Origin: Raillietiella orientalis
Taxonomy: Eukaryota
Length of the DNA: 64,000 nucleotides
Direction of reading: 5' to 3'
Assembly (NCBI GenBank): GCA_036172245.1
Contig: JAYWIR010000038.1
Coordinates: 186,001-250,000 of the forward strand
Shown here: positions 50,554-62,424 of the stretch, piece after piece
Position numbering within the stretch: position 1 is the stretch's first letter
How the letters are laid out: every line of letters begins with the position of its first letter
Position numbers and translations under genes: made by a program
Notes under the pieces: generated by a model
The model's input: the letters and a program-made list of their open reading frames with translations, nothing else
The model's database searches: none
What the model was told of the DNA's origin: nothing

Positions 50554-51989
50554 CTCCGGGAATGATTCGAGCCGGCGCCACGCGGACGCTCAGCCTCCCT
50601 TCTGGCGCTGCACCAGCCGGTCCCCTGAAGCCCCACGAACTACGGTGCGTGCGAGCGGGAGGAGGCGGGGTCCTCACGCCCCCCGGCGCTCGGGCCATCC
50701 TGCCCGCAGGATGTCCGATGCGACCTCGAAGGGTGGACCTGATGCGCCACTGTTGCTCCAGAGCTGCCCTTTCCAAGGGACAACCTTCCGCTCTTCCGGA
50801 CGGCGGCCCGCTAGCGGGCCTCGGAGAGCGCCTTCCTGGCGACGGCTCCGCTGCGAGGGGCAGCAGCAGTGCAGCCGCGTCGCGTGTCCGCCCGCCCGAG
50901 GAACGGCGAAGACCTCCCATATTGCCACAGGGCGCGGCCAGCAGCAGCGAGTGGGAGGTCGCAAGCGGGCGGAGGGGCGGTCCCGTCCAAGTCGTGCAGC
51001 GAAGGAGGACGCCGCAGCCCGCATGGCGCGCAGTGGCCGCCGGGTAGGAAGACACGGGCCCGGCCGGCAGGCGCTCTCGCCCTGCCCTGGCGGGGTAGCT
51101 CCCCTGGGGACCGGGGAGGAGACTTCCTGGCTCTCCACTTCCCTCCTCTGGGGCTGCCGCACCCGGCTCGGAGGGCGAACTGCCATCCCGGCCCGGATCC
51201 CCTATAGTCGGCCGAAGGGCACCGGTGCGCCCCCTCCGCCCCTGAAGCGGGTAGCTGGCGGCCGCCGCGAGGTCATCGCCCCTGCCTGACCCCAGGTCGA
51301 CGACCCCCCGAACAAGGAGAAGCAGGAGCGCTCTGCCCTGCTAGGAAAAGCTCGTCGTCAGAGTCATCTCCCCGGCTTGGGGAGGGATCACCTCCCGGAG
51401 AGGACCTCCGCCAGCCGTTCCGCTTCCTCGCGCGCTCCCCAGTTCGCCTTCGGGAGACGGGGAACGCCCACGCAGGCTCTTCCTCCCGGCCTTTGGACGG
51501 GGGGACCCCGTTCAAAGTCGGGTGAGGCGACCGACGCTGCCGAAAGTCCACGTCGGTCCGCTGTTCCCGGCACATGCGGCTGGAAGGTGGAGCTACCGGG
51601 CGATCGCTTTGCTGAAGACTGGAGCGAGGGCGCCTCTGCGGAGATTCTACCTGGCGGAAGGTGCGCAAGGATTCCGGGAGGGTCCATGCGCTGGGCAGGG
51701 CAAGGGCGGCAGAGCACGCCTGGGAGGCGCACCCTTTGGTAGGGGGGCCCATTCACTGGAAAGTTGCTTGCGTTCTTCCTGCGCTGACGGCTCGGAGGAT
51801 CCTGACTCTCCCGGTTCGGCTGTGATCCGCCCCGTCTTGAGATGCTCCTGACTTGAGCCTAGAGAGTACCCCTCTCCTGGGGCACGTGGATTATTCAGTC
51901 CATTATGTTGCTCATGGGCATTCCATTGACTATGTACCATCCCCTTCTCGTGTACATCGACAAAGACAAGAAACCTCGTAAGTACAACA

Positions 51990-52350
51990 TGTGTACATGG
52001 TTGTGCTCATAAAGATGGCCAAGCGGAATCAGTTCTGTTCTCTGAGTTCTCTGAGACCTTACGCGATGACTGTGAAAAAAAAAAAATTATGTGCCGCGGC
52101 CATCAAAAGCAGTGCTTGGCCGCCTGTCCTGTTTTTCCGAAGACGAGCCCGCATCCAGCGATGGCCGAAATTGTTTTCGGCAACCGCCGGCTTAGCAGAG
52201 AGTACGTGTTGGCTTTTCTCAATGACAAAAGAGAGTTTTTTTCCTCCAGGAAATGGACTGTGGTCTTCTGGATCAGTCTTTTTTTAAAAAACAAACAAAC
52301 AAACAAACAGCTTTACCAGGACGAAACACCTATCTCTTGTATGACGAGGT
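51990..52350 (+). pseudogene. Possible Tc1/IS630-like transposase remnant
   Basis: IKMAKRNQFCSLSSL and LAFLN....KWTVVFW...DET loosely resemble the Tc1 HTH and the W..V.FSDE motif; frameshifted and interrupted by (CAAA)n. Confidence 0.25.
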
Positions 52351-54099
52351 AGCGCTCCCCCCTCCAACATTCGAGTCAACATTCGCCGCATTGCCATCAA
52401 CCGTTGACTTCATTTTCCCCGTTTCGGCAAAATCACTGCCGGTTAATTTTCTACGCGACCTTTGAATCTCAAATGTCTTATGCGCACCGCCTTCTGCTGC
52501 CTCTCTCTGATTGCTTCATCTGCATCATCTGCAGAGGGATCGTTACCATCAACTGTAATTTGGTTTACGCGAACCTTTTTGACTGGAAGCACTCTGCGGG
52601 TTACGCCTGCAACATCACCTCAATGTGTATATTCTGGATTAACCCTTGCAACGTAACATCCTCCTCTCTCGCTTGAGTACCTGTTTGTTTTTTCCCCTCT
52701 AGATGGCCAACTTCAAGCCCGTCGCACGTGCCTTCGTCGTCTTCCTCGGTCCTGCATCTCTCCTCTCCGGGACTGGCATCGGCAACCTCGGTTCCGACGT
52801 CAGTCTCGCCGGTCCCGAATGAGTGCGGTTGCCGGAAAAGCTGACGCCACCTGATTGCCATCGTCGGCATCAGGAATTCCCCGAATGTCTGCTGTTGACG
52901 TGCCCCTCGAGTGAATGGAAGCGGTCGAGGAATTCTTCGTCCATCAGGAAACCGTGCGGCGAATGGTGGCTCCCTCCAGAGTGCAGAGCAACCCCGATGA
53001 ACCTCCCCGAAGTGGCGCCATCCAGAGCAAGCGGCGTTCGGGACGAGCCGCCGGAATGCCACGTTCCGTGTGGACGTCGGTGCACATGAGCACGCGCTGT
53101 CATCAAAGTGCTGTTCAAACACAGCTGAAAGCTCATCCAAACACCTGCTGAGGTTTTCTTCTGCTTCTTGGTTGTTTCTGTTAAGAAATACAGTCGATAA
53201 TAACATGTTCCCTCCGCTTGCTGGACCTGGGGGGAATGGCGATTTCCTCCTCCAAAAATAGCTCCGAGCGACCAGTTCCACGTATCGTTACTTTGCATTT
53301 TGATGGCTCGTCCTCTGGAAGGTCTTCATCACTTGCAAGCCTGGTAAGACATTAAATCCGGGAGGATTCGCCCTCTTCTTTTTTAATGGTCAAGTTTACT
53401 CCATTGCCATCAAGCTTGTTCAGTCCGTGTCCCGTGTTGACGCCAAATGCGTTGCCGTCATTCCCAGAAGTTGGGACCGACTTTTTCGTGAATCGTCTTG
53501 CAACTTTGTTCCAGAGGAAAGCGGAGGCTCCAGACAGATCAGCCACTTGATGGTTCCTCCCTTCTAAACGGCGTTTTGCCTCTCGATGCGGACCTGTTCA
53601 TCTGCGGATTCTCTTGGAGTCTTCCTTGATTATCAATGCAAGCTCCAACACTGGCACGGATGACCTCGTTTCATATAGACCTTCTGTAATCGGGTCCACA
53701 CCATCTTCGTTTACATGACTGCCAGTCTCCAGCTTTGTATGAAACTTGGTTGCGTGACTTCCGACTCGCTCATTACCAATGCGTTTGATCTTTTTCCGAA
53801 GTTTTTTCTCCTCTCCCAGAGCAACCAGTAGGGCAGGAACAATAGGGCTGCCTCCTTGCGTCCGCGGGCTCCGCGGCTACAGGAAGCCGCGACACTCCCC
53901 GGCCATCTCTCGCTAAACTAGCCTGTCTGCTGTCACCCCCTTCCTCTCCCCAGGATGCCTTCTCCGAGAGCTTCGTCACCCAGACCCGCCCGGTCGATCT
54001 CGGGTCGCTTCGGTCACCTTGAGGCGCGCGCCGCTGCTCTTGTGGGCTTCCCGCTCACCCCAGGGGCTTCCATCCTAGCCCTGCCTGCTTTCTGCTCCC

Positions 54100-55050
54100 C
54101 GCCCGGTTTGAACGCCGCAAGTTATTTGCGTCCCTGCCCCCTCTCCGCACAGCCGTCCCGTGCCCTGAGGAGGCAAGTCCGGTTCCAGCAACCCCTGTTC
54201 GAACCAGGATAGGAAGGAAAGGGAGGGAAGGGGGGGGTTAAACGGCCAAAAACTCCACGTTCGACCCCTCTCTGGAAGAACCTCCCTTCCCCGACGCGAG
54301 ACTCGGCCACATCGCCCGTCTGCACGCCTGAGAAACAACGGCGCGCGGCATGACGAGGGTCAGCCAGCGGCTGAGCCGTTCGGTTGAGACTGTCGACCCG
54401 GGTACCCTCGCGCGCACCCACTCCCTGATGCACCTTCCCTCGGGAAAGCGTGGGGAGGAGCAAAATGGCACGCAGTCCGGAGCTCCGGCCAGGACGCTGT
54501 GTTTCCGTTTCCATGGATGCGACGCCGTGGGGGCTCCTCCCTTGCGAGCTGTGCGCGGACTTCCATAGCAGCTGGAGCTCATTCCGGGGGCAAAAAAAGG
54601 ACCCTCGGAGGTGAGACAGCGCGAGGGAGGAAGAAGGGAGGGCCCTCGGTTTAGTTGGCCGCGGGCCGGGCGGAGATCTTCGGGCGGGGAGAGGACGAAG
54701 AGGCGGCACGGCCCTCCCCCCCTGAGAAGACGAAGACTCCCGACGTTAAGGCGGGCTCTGTACCCCGATCTTGCCCCCTGCAGATACCCTCCGTGCACCC
54801 TGCAGAGGGTAGACCGGCCAGCGTTCCCGGGGAAGGAGAAGTTGATCCACGCCCTTGGCAGTGCCCTCGCCCAGAGTAGGAGGCGAAAGCGCGGTCTTTC
54901 CCTGGACGCCCAGCCACCCCGTGACGTCACCGCTCTCCAAAGTCCGTGAGCTCCGGTTACGTCTTGAGCCACCAGGCTTCCCCCGACCGAGGGAGGCGAC
55001 CCATTGAGGGCCAAGCGGCTCCCTGATACCCCGATGGCGGCACCCATCCC
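54100..55050 (-). mobile_element. Strongly decayed L1/Tx1 ORF2 C-terminus and 3' UTR
   Basis: ETET...SGLRAIL zinc-finger remnant; pyrimidine-rich UTR; AATAA-CTT-GCGG...CCGGG end near 54126-54102. Confidence 0.45.
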
Positions 55051-56569
55051 CAGGAGCGCGCCGTGCTGCGGTCCCGCCCGCGCCGAGGCCAGGTCGACCC
55101 AGGGTCAGGACGGCCAAGGGGAATCGAGGTCCGCAGCTCCAGAAGAAGGAAAGTGGGGTCTTCCTCCTCCCCTCCTCCTGACACCACTTTCCAGACCACC
55201 TCCTGCAGCAGCGACACCTGTCCCGCCTCCCTGTGGCGGTCCCGCTCGGTTTTGACGAGAGCCCCAGGGTGGTCGCGAGCGCGGACTATTGCCCCTGCCA
55301 GTTGCCCCTCTCGTGCTCCCGCGGGCAGTTAAGGGAGCCACGTGGCATTCATGGAAGCGCCCAGAGGTACTGACCAGAGACCTCCGTTGCGGTCCTGCTC
55401 CCCAGGCGACTCCTTCCATCCGCAAAGGACCGTCATTCCTCCAGGGGCAGAGGAGAGGCCAGCTTCAACATGGCAACCCCGACGCCGCCCACCGGGCAGC
55501 GCGAAGCCGCGACGGCACTTCCCGGAGTCTGCTGGTTCTTATTGGAAGGTGGATGGTTCATTCGCGCAGGACGCTGCGTTGCCAGGACGCCGTGCTGTCA
55601 TCCCGGAGTCCCTGTGGCGCACGCGACCTTTTCCTTGCCCTGCCGCTCGTGAACCCTCGGGCGGTGCACTGGGGCGGGAAAGGAGCCCTCCCCCTAAGGG
55701 AGGAAGGACGCGCGTCCACTCCATGAGATGAAGCTGCGACCTCCACATTCCTGAGCGAGGCGAGGACCCTCCAGCTGGGGCGGACTCGCTACACTCGGTC
55801 GCCTTCCTACCCGGAGGGGGAACGCCTCCCGGCAGCGGAGAAGGGATCGAACGAAGGAGGCAGAAAGCACCGGCGGATCCAGCGGGGAGAACAGGCTGGA
55901 CAGGAGGCAAAGGGGAGGCGCCCCAGGGGGAGGAGTCCTTCCAGGCGGGTCTCCGAGACATCCGGAGGCGCCTCCCGGAATGCATCCGGAAGGCGCCTCC
56001 AAGAGGCTGTCGGAACCCGTTCGGCCTACCCGCTGAGCCCGAATGGATTACGGCCGTGCGTCCTCCGCGTGAGCGGCACCACAGAACGTCGCGGGTTCGA
56101 ATCCCGCACGGGAAGAAAGGTCGACTCCGAGAACGGGAGCGCATTGTGTGGGCTTCGAGTCCCTCTCCCCTGCCTGGTGACGCTGGTCAGTCTCTTCGAG
56201 GGAGGCGTTGGTGGAATCCGGAAACTCCCGGATGCCCCCGTTAACTGGCCGGTAGTGGAAGTCGACTTCTCCCCTCAAGGGCCTTCCGGGACATCAGGGA
56301 GTCCTTCATGGTTTCCCTCCGGTTGTGCAAATGGAGTCTTCCACCCCCTTGGGGGAGACCCTCCATCGTATACCTTGGAGCTGGTTAGTACCTCTCTAGA
56401 GTGCAAGAAGCGTGCTGCTCCCTTCGGGATTCTGTTCATAGGAGGAGAGAACAAAGAGCCGTTCCCTTGCTGGTTCCCTCTGAGCAGGAAACGAGGAGCG
56501 ACCCACTCCGAGGAGGTCCTCTGCAGAGAGAACGAGGAATAGGTTCTCTTGGAGTACAACCAGGGCGGA

Positions 56570-57893
56570 GGGTTCCAGGGTTGCCCTGGTGGCGAATATA
56601 TGGAGCATCAGCTAGTGTGAAACTGCACGATACCTTGTCAAGCGAGCCACCGGCTGTTCTCGTTCCTGGCGCGACGACACGGGCGCAACGTGTCCAGCTG
56701 CGGAATGGAGCTCCGGCGAGTGTCCAAGCTGACCAGGACCAACAACTGGATCTCCTGCCGGCCCACGAACGGTAGTGCCTGGCTGCAGGAAACAGTGAGC
56801 ACGTGGACCAAGATGAGCAAAGAGAGTCTGGAGATGCGGCAGCGACTGCTGCATTCCTTCTAAAACTACCGCTCGCTGAAGGACTCATCGTGCAGCCCAC
56901 CCCGTGTGCGTGGGCGCAAAAAAAATCCCTAGCCACGGCATTGTCCTACCTCAAAGAGCACATGGGCAATAACCAGACGGTCAAATGGGAGGTCAGTTCC
57001 CAAATCAGTCACAAGACGAGAGAATTTGGTGGTTGAATCACAGGCCAGCTCATGGATGCTGAAACCCCAAGTACCCCACCGAAAGGACTACTGCGCTGGG
57101 GTGAGCTGCTGGGAATCCCACAGGAAGTACTCGAGTGGCCCCATGCGCTGAAGAACAACCGGGCCTTCCCCCTGAAGTGACAGGGGTCGGCACTTCTGCT
57201 GTTGCACCGGGGACTCCCTTGCGACGCCCGCCGCTCTCACTGCACCCGAGAGGCTGCGGACCCCAACTGTTACAGCTGCAAGGAACGGGAATCCCAGCTC
57301 CCGCATCTGCTTGTGGACTGTGTCGCCCTCCGGTCCCTGTGGTCGCGTTACGCAACGTCCCTTGGTGCACCGACGGACAATCCTAGGGACGTGGTGAAGC
57401 GCCTCTTCGTGCGCGACGCCCTTTCGTCTGCGCATCCCAGCATCTCTTTGATGCTGCCTACGCGGGATTGTGGCGGCCTGGAGCTACGCGGGATTGTGGC
57501 GGCCTGGAGCTACGCAAGAGTAGGACGGCGTGATAGGATGCCATCTGCTTCGTCCTCCCCTTCCTGCGGACGGCAGTCAGATGGGACAGGTAGGAGTATG
57601 CGCCAGGTAGGAACCTGACGCATACTCGGGTGGAACTTGCCAGCATCCTCGAAAGGATGCAGAAGACGTCCTCTAGCACCAGTGATCCCTTGCCTAAGCC
57701 TCCCAACTTTCTGTATATATTTTTTCGTTTTATTTTTATTTCTGTTTGCCCCTCTGCTGCCAAGGAGGACCCCGCCGGCCTGCGAGCCGGTTACTCGGAA
57801 GTTTCTAAGCATTTTCGGACAATGTAGGGCCGATGGCCCTACACATGTATTTTTATTTTTTATAATAAACTTCCCGGAGTGACCGGGTGATAA
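56570..57893 (+). mobile_element. 5'-truncated L1/Tx1 element with 12-bp TSD
   Basis: HRGLPCD...CYSCKERESQLPHLLVDCVALRSLW; ends AATAAA-CTT-CCCGG-AGTGA-CCGGG-TGATAA; TSD AACCAGGGCGGA at 56558-56569 and 57894-57905. Confidence 0.93.
57458..57515. repeat. Perfect 26-nt tandem duplication inside the L1
   Basis: ctacgcgggattgtggcggcctggag x2.2. Confidence 0.9.
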
Positions 57894-58566
57894 AACCAGG
57901 GCGGAAAGTTCTCTTTGGGGATTCCTACCAAGCGTGAGAGTAAAGCGCACTCCTTCCTCCGGAGCCTTCCTAGATTCGTAGGGCGATCCCTCCGGGGACA
58001 CCCTCTAACTCGTACAGTCAGCATGCACCTCCCGGGTAGCGTGGACGCTGTCCAAGAGCTCTTTCCTCCGGAGTCTTCCTAGATTCATAGGGTAATTCCT
58101 CCGGAGCCACACCTCTACGTTGAAGAGTCAGCACCCATCCTAGGGTGGAGTGGGCGTTGTTAAAGAAGAGCTCCGTAAGCCCTCCCTGAGGAAGCGAGCC
58201 CGGCGGTTCTTCAGCACCCCTTGAGGACCAAAAAAAAAGAAAAGAAAAGCCGGACGGAAGCTGCGAAACCGGAAGAACCCCCAAGGATTCCCATCGCCAC
58301 GTCCCCGCGAGGTCGCAGCTGGACTTTTCAGAAGAAAAAGAAAAGAATGCGTTCCGGTCGAGGGGAGCATTTCGCTCCGCACCGATGAGGATGATCTTTC
58401 CGGACGGAGGAAAGGATAGCTGCCGTGACGCTCCAGTACCTCCAGCATCTGGTCCGAACCGTCAGCTCATGGGACGACTTACCGCTCGAGCCTGCGCATG
58501 GAACCGACGTCCTCGTGTCCGCCATGGCGCCACCAGAGTGCGACTGGAAGAAGGTAGAGCCGAGGA

Positions 58567-58735
58567 TAACCGCTACCAGTGCCGCGCCCGGCCACCCGGC
58601 CGCGTCATCGCGCTGAGGGAACGCGAGTCTGCTAAGCACCCGCCGTTCTCGGCGTCGATTCTTTCAGAGTATTCGAACCCGTGACGCTTGGTGGTGCCAG
58701 AGACCTCAGCAGCCACATGGCTTCCCACGCGGGCG
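58567..58735 (-). mobile_element. SINE-like element copy H (head only)
   Basis: GCCCGCGTGGGAAGCC...GGCACCACCAAGCGTCACGGGTTCGAATACTCTGAA...GGCACTGGTAGCGGTT. Confidence 0.8.
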
Positions 58736-58899
58736 GCGGAGCACGGCAGGGCAGGGGCCGCTTCCTCTGGAGCATCTCCGCGCGATGAGGCTGTCCCCGA
58801 CCCGGAGGAAGCGCTCTTGACTACTCCGAAGCCCAGAGTCTTCTGTGTCTTCTATGGACTTCACACCTGAAAGTCGTTTTCAGAAGCAAGGAGCTCCGG

Positions 58900-59480
58900 G
58901 ATAAGGAATTCAGCAAGGTGATCCCGATGTTCATCAGCGTCCCTCGGGACGCGAAAGAACCTGGATCCACAAGACCAGGAAGACGACCCTGGCAGAATGC
59001 GAGCGACTGTCGAACAGCGTGGTCATCCACGCGCGGGGAATCCTCACTTGCAAGAAAACACTCGAGACGAGGACGACCCAAAGGACTCGCGAGCTTTGGC
59101 AAGACCAGGGCATGCAATGGTCCGGTCCAGATAAAGAGCCTCAAGCTGCCAGGACAAGTAACCCCGACGGGAACAACGGAAAGGATGAGGAATGGGTTAG
59201 GAAACGCTTCCTCGTCCCACATACGATCGGAACGGTCCTGTGGAGATTCTCCTTGCCGCAGGACATTTTACCACGGAGGCATCCTGTGCGGCCCGGGGCT
59301 TTAGCGCTGGACCGGGCTGTATCCCGTGTGTGGGTGCATTGAGGACAACCTGCACATCCACACCTGCTCTTCCAGGACTGGAGAGTAGTGAGGCGGACAA
59401 TCGGGATGGATCACGCGTCGAAAGTGGAGGCTCTGCGAGGACTGTTGGAGGGAGGGGACGGTGTGCCCCACCATGACCCC
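58900..59480 (+). mobile_element. Decayed non-LTR ORF2 C-terminal remnant (another subfamily)
   Basis: IGTVLWRF, then GPGCIPCVG..EDNLHI..C zinc-finger pattern across frameshifts. Confidence 0.5.
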
Positions 59481-60199
59481 ACCGTGCGCGAGTGACAGTC
59501 ATCCCCTTCCTGAGGGGCGCCCTCATCGGGAGGACCAAGCCGACGAGGGGGCTACCCGAGCAACGCCCGGGACGCCTCGCAAAGACTCCTGAAAAAGGAA
59601 GTTAGCGTTCGTGAGCGCGGGAGAGCGCCATCATGGGCTCTCCTGCTTTGTGGCGCGACGTCAGCGTGAGCGCGATCGGCATGGCGGCCGACAGTGCGAT
59701 CTCGAGGGAGGGAAAGTGCTGCCGACATGCGGCGCGCAGTCCGAACCACGTCCGCCGCTGCCGTCCGGGAATCCAGGAGAGGCCGTTGCACGTCTCGTGC
59801 GTAGATGGGGCGCGTCCAGGCCCCGGAAGGACTTCCTCGTGCCTGCTCCCGGTTTTTCCCCGGGGAGAAAAACACATACATACGAAAAAAAAATGCCTTA
59901 GAATGGGTCAACTACGCGGTCAGGACGGCACAGTGACTTTCCCGCGTACTCCGCAGTGACCTGCAAGCGACCCAGCGGTCGCGAAAGTGATGGTATCTGC
60001 TTCCTTGCGCGTGTTTTGCTGCCTGTTTGTCGGAGGAATGCGCGATGCGTCCTTTGCTTTCTCCGCTTTCCCGGGTCCCCTCCGGCCGCGCGCGAGGACG
60101 AAGATGAGATGAAAGTCTCGTCCCCTCCCCTCCTCTCTCCCTTCCGCGACTGCTCCTCCCCCTCGACCCCGGAAATCAAATTCCGCTGCAATCAAAAAA

Positions 60200-61330
60200 G
60201 TAAAGGAGCAATCTGGCGCGTAGTCGGCTCCGAGTGGGAACCCCTTTTACGACCCTCGTTCTCTGCAACCGCTCCCCGAAGCCTCCCCGCGGCCGACCGG
60301 TGGCGAAATTTTCGCCTCCAGCAGCAGCGCGAGCCACGGCTCCTTCCGGGAAGATCCGGTCTTTCCCCCGCCTCCTCCCGACGAGCCCCCGACACGTTCC
60401 TGGATACGCGAGCTCGCTGCCAGGAGGATCCGCCGCCCTATCCGCGAGCGCGCCCCCTTCTGGAACAGCGGGAAGAGCTCCCGGGGAACGACTTGTCCCT
60501 CCTCGCCTTGAGCCGAGCTGCGCGGTCGCATCCGCGGCGTGCCGGAGAGCGGCCCACCCTCTGTTCGCACGCCCGCGAGTGCGCGCCAATTCCCCCCTCC
60601 CGTGTTCGGACTGGACTCTCTCCCACCTCCGGGAGATCCCCAGGTGCCTCCCCGCGCTTACCCCATCCGATCCGCCCTTAATCGCCTTTCGGGCGTCGCT
60701 CCTCCTCCCCCCGCGAGGGCAGCCCTAGCGTGTCCGCTTACGGACGCTGCCCTCGGGACGCAGTGGGATCGATGGGCGCATCTGTGGGGAGGGGGGCTCC
60801 CACGGCAGGGGCCAAGGCGGCGAAAGGGCGTGGCCGACGTTTTGGAGCTGCCCTCTCTGCGGGAGGGTACGGAAGACATTTTCCGACGACTGCTCGAGAG
60901 TCAAATTCGTGCGCGCAGCGGGCTGAGCTGACCTTGCCGCCTGCCCCAAGAACGCACTGGAGTCGGGATGCAGGGGCCAGGCGGTCCGAGAGTTCCTGGA
61001 CAATCGGTCGCCTCCTAGGAGCGGCCACTCTTCGCGCGGCCATTGTAGGCCGGGAGACCCGGAGCTGGAAACCGACGGTCGGGGGAGCAGCAGCGGTCTC
61101 TTCCTGGAAGGATGGCGATCGAAACGCGCCATCGGCGCCTCGGAGAAGATCGGGATGTCCGGGGTTCCGGAAATGGGACCCTAGAGTTACTCTGACCTGC
61201 CGGCGCCTGCACGAACACGGTCGTCGGGAACGCGGACAGAGGACTGGGCACCGCTTTGGCCAAGTGCCGCACACGACAATGTCACGGCGACCAAAGTGGT
61301 AACCAAGGCAGCGGGCGACTGCGGTCCCCG
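60200..61330 (-). mobile_element. GC-rich decayed ORF1-like remnant
   Basis: Cys/His clusters (QNVGHA, HRSHC) followed by Pro/Arg-rich low-complexity sequence in broken frames. Confidence 0.35.
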
Positions 61331-62424
61331 ATCCAAGGCGGGTTTCTCTCCCATTCCGCTAGGGGGTTGTGAGGGTGCGGGCGCCTAGGTAAGTTCTTGG
61401 GCGGCAGCCGGAAGGACAGGCAACCCCGTAGGTGAGCGCGAGAATCGGGAAGCAGCAGCAGCAGCGAGTGGCGTTCTAAGGTGGTCACCCGCCTCGACGG
61501 GAAGAGCTGGGGAGGGTTCCTGGAAAGGAGGCGCGTCCTCCGGGTCCCAAACGGGAGCGATGGGGGGTGCGTGTCGTGGGGTCATCGGCATCTGGGATTC
61601 CCTCAGAGACCCGAGATGCTGTGCGAGCGCGGGTCCTCACGCTGCTGCCTGCCGAAGATCCGAGGGGGAGCGGAAGTTGGCGGCCTTGTTAATCCGTCTT
61701 TCGCTGGCCGTCTCCAGAGACCCCGGACGGGTCTCCCTGACGCTCGAGAGGAGTCTCCGTCGGTGTTCATCCCGCCTGCTCAGGGTGATACGGATCTTGA
61801 AGAGGTTCGCTTTCCTTTGTCCCCTCCTTCTCCTTCCTTCCTGCTCCTCCTTCCTACTTATGATGCTTGAACGATCTGTTCCTGTTGGCTACGGAGTCCG
61901 GCATGATATGCCGATGCAGCCATCCTGGTGGATCTGGAGATCGCCACTGTCCACTAAAGCAAGCTGTGAAGACGGCGCATTTGCAACTGGTCCGAAGGGA
62001 GATCGCGCAGTGGATGGAAGCAAAGACCACAGACTGGACAAAGATGGAACCATGGAGTAGGCGGCCGAATACACGCAGCAACATCTTTTCATGGTGTGCT
62101 GCTCATCACGGAGTGCAATGAAGCATCCAAGCGCAGTGAACCCAAACACCACCGGCCCACTGCGCATTCGAATGGGCTCGGACTTGCCGTGGAGTACAGT
62201 CTGAAAGTCGACGCGGCAGCAGCAGCGGTCGCTATCCTTCGGGACTGACAACTTGCCTGTGCAGATGGTCAGACTGTGGTCAGGCTGCAGGGCAAATAGC
62301 GCATCTGTTTAGGTGGCAGCATAGGTCATCAGAGCCCCGCAACGACCTTACGACCACAGTGCACCTGATGGGAAGAGAAGCCGTAGAGTAGAAATGCTAC
62401 ATCTTGTTTGCCCTGATTCGGGGA

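Larger units (their letters stand above)
56028..58345 (+). mobile_element. SINE-like element copy G (diverged), split by an L1 insertion into 56028-56569 and 57894-58345
   Basis: Best tRNA-like head (T-arm GCGGG-TTCGAAT-CCCGC, 56091-56107); collinear body motifs on both sides of the L1. Confidence 0.8.

Noticed and set aside
52600..53830. Minus-strand host exons
   Set aside because: Candidate donors and acceptors gave inconsistent phases or stops; this could be decayed element sequence.
56028..56113. Functional tRNA gene
   Set aside because: The T-arm is perfect, but there is no canonical anticodon arm or full acceptor stem, and it continues into SINE body sequence.
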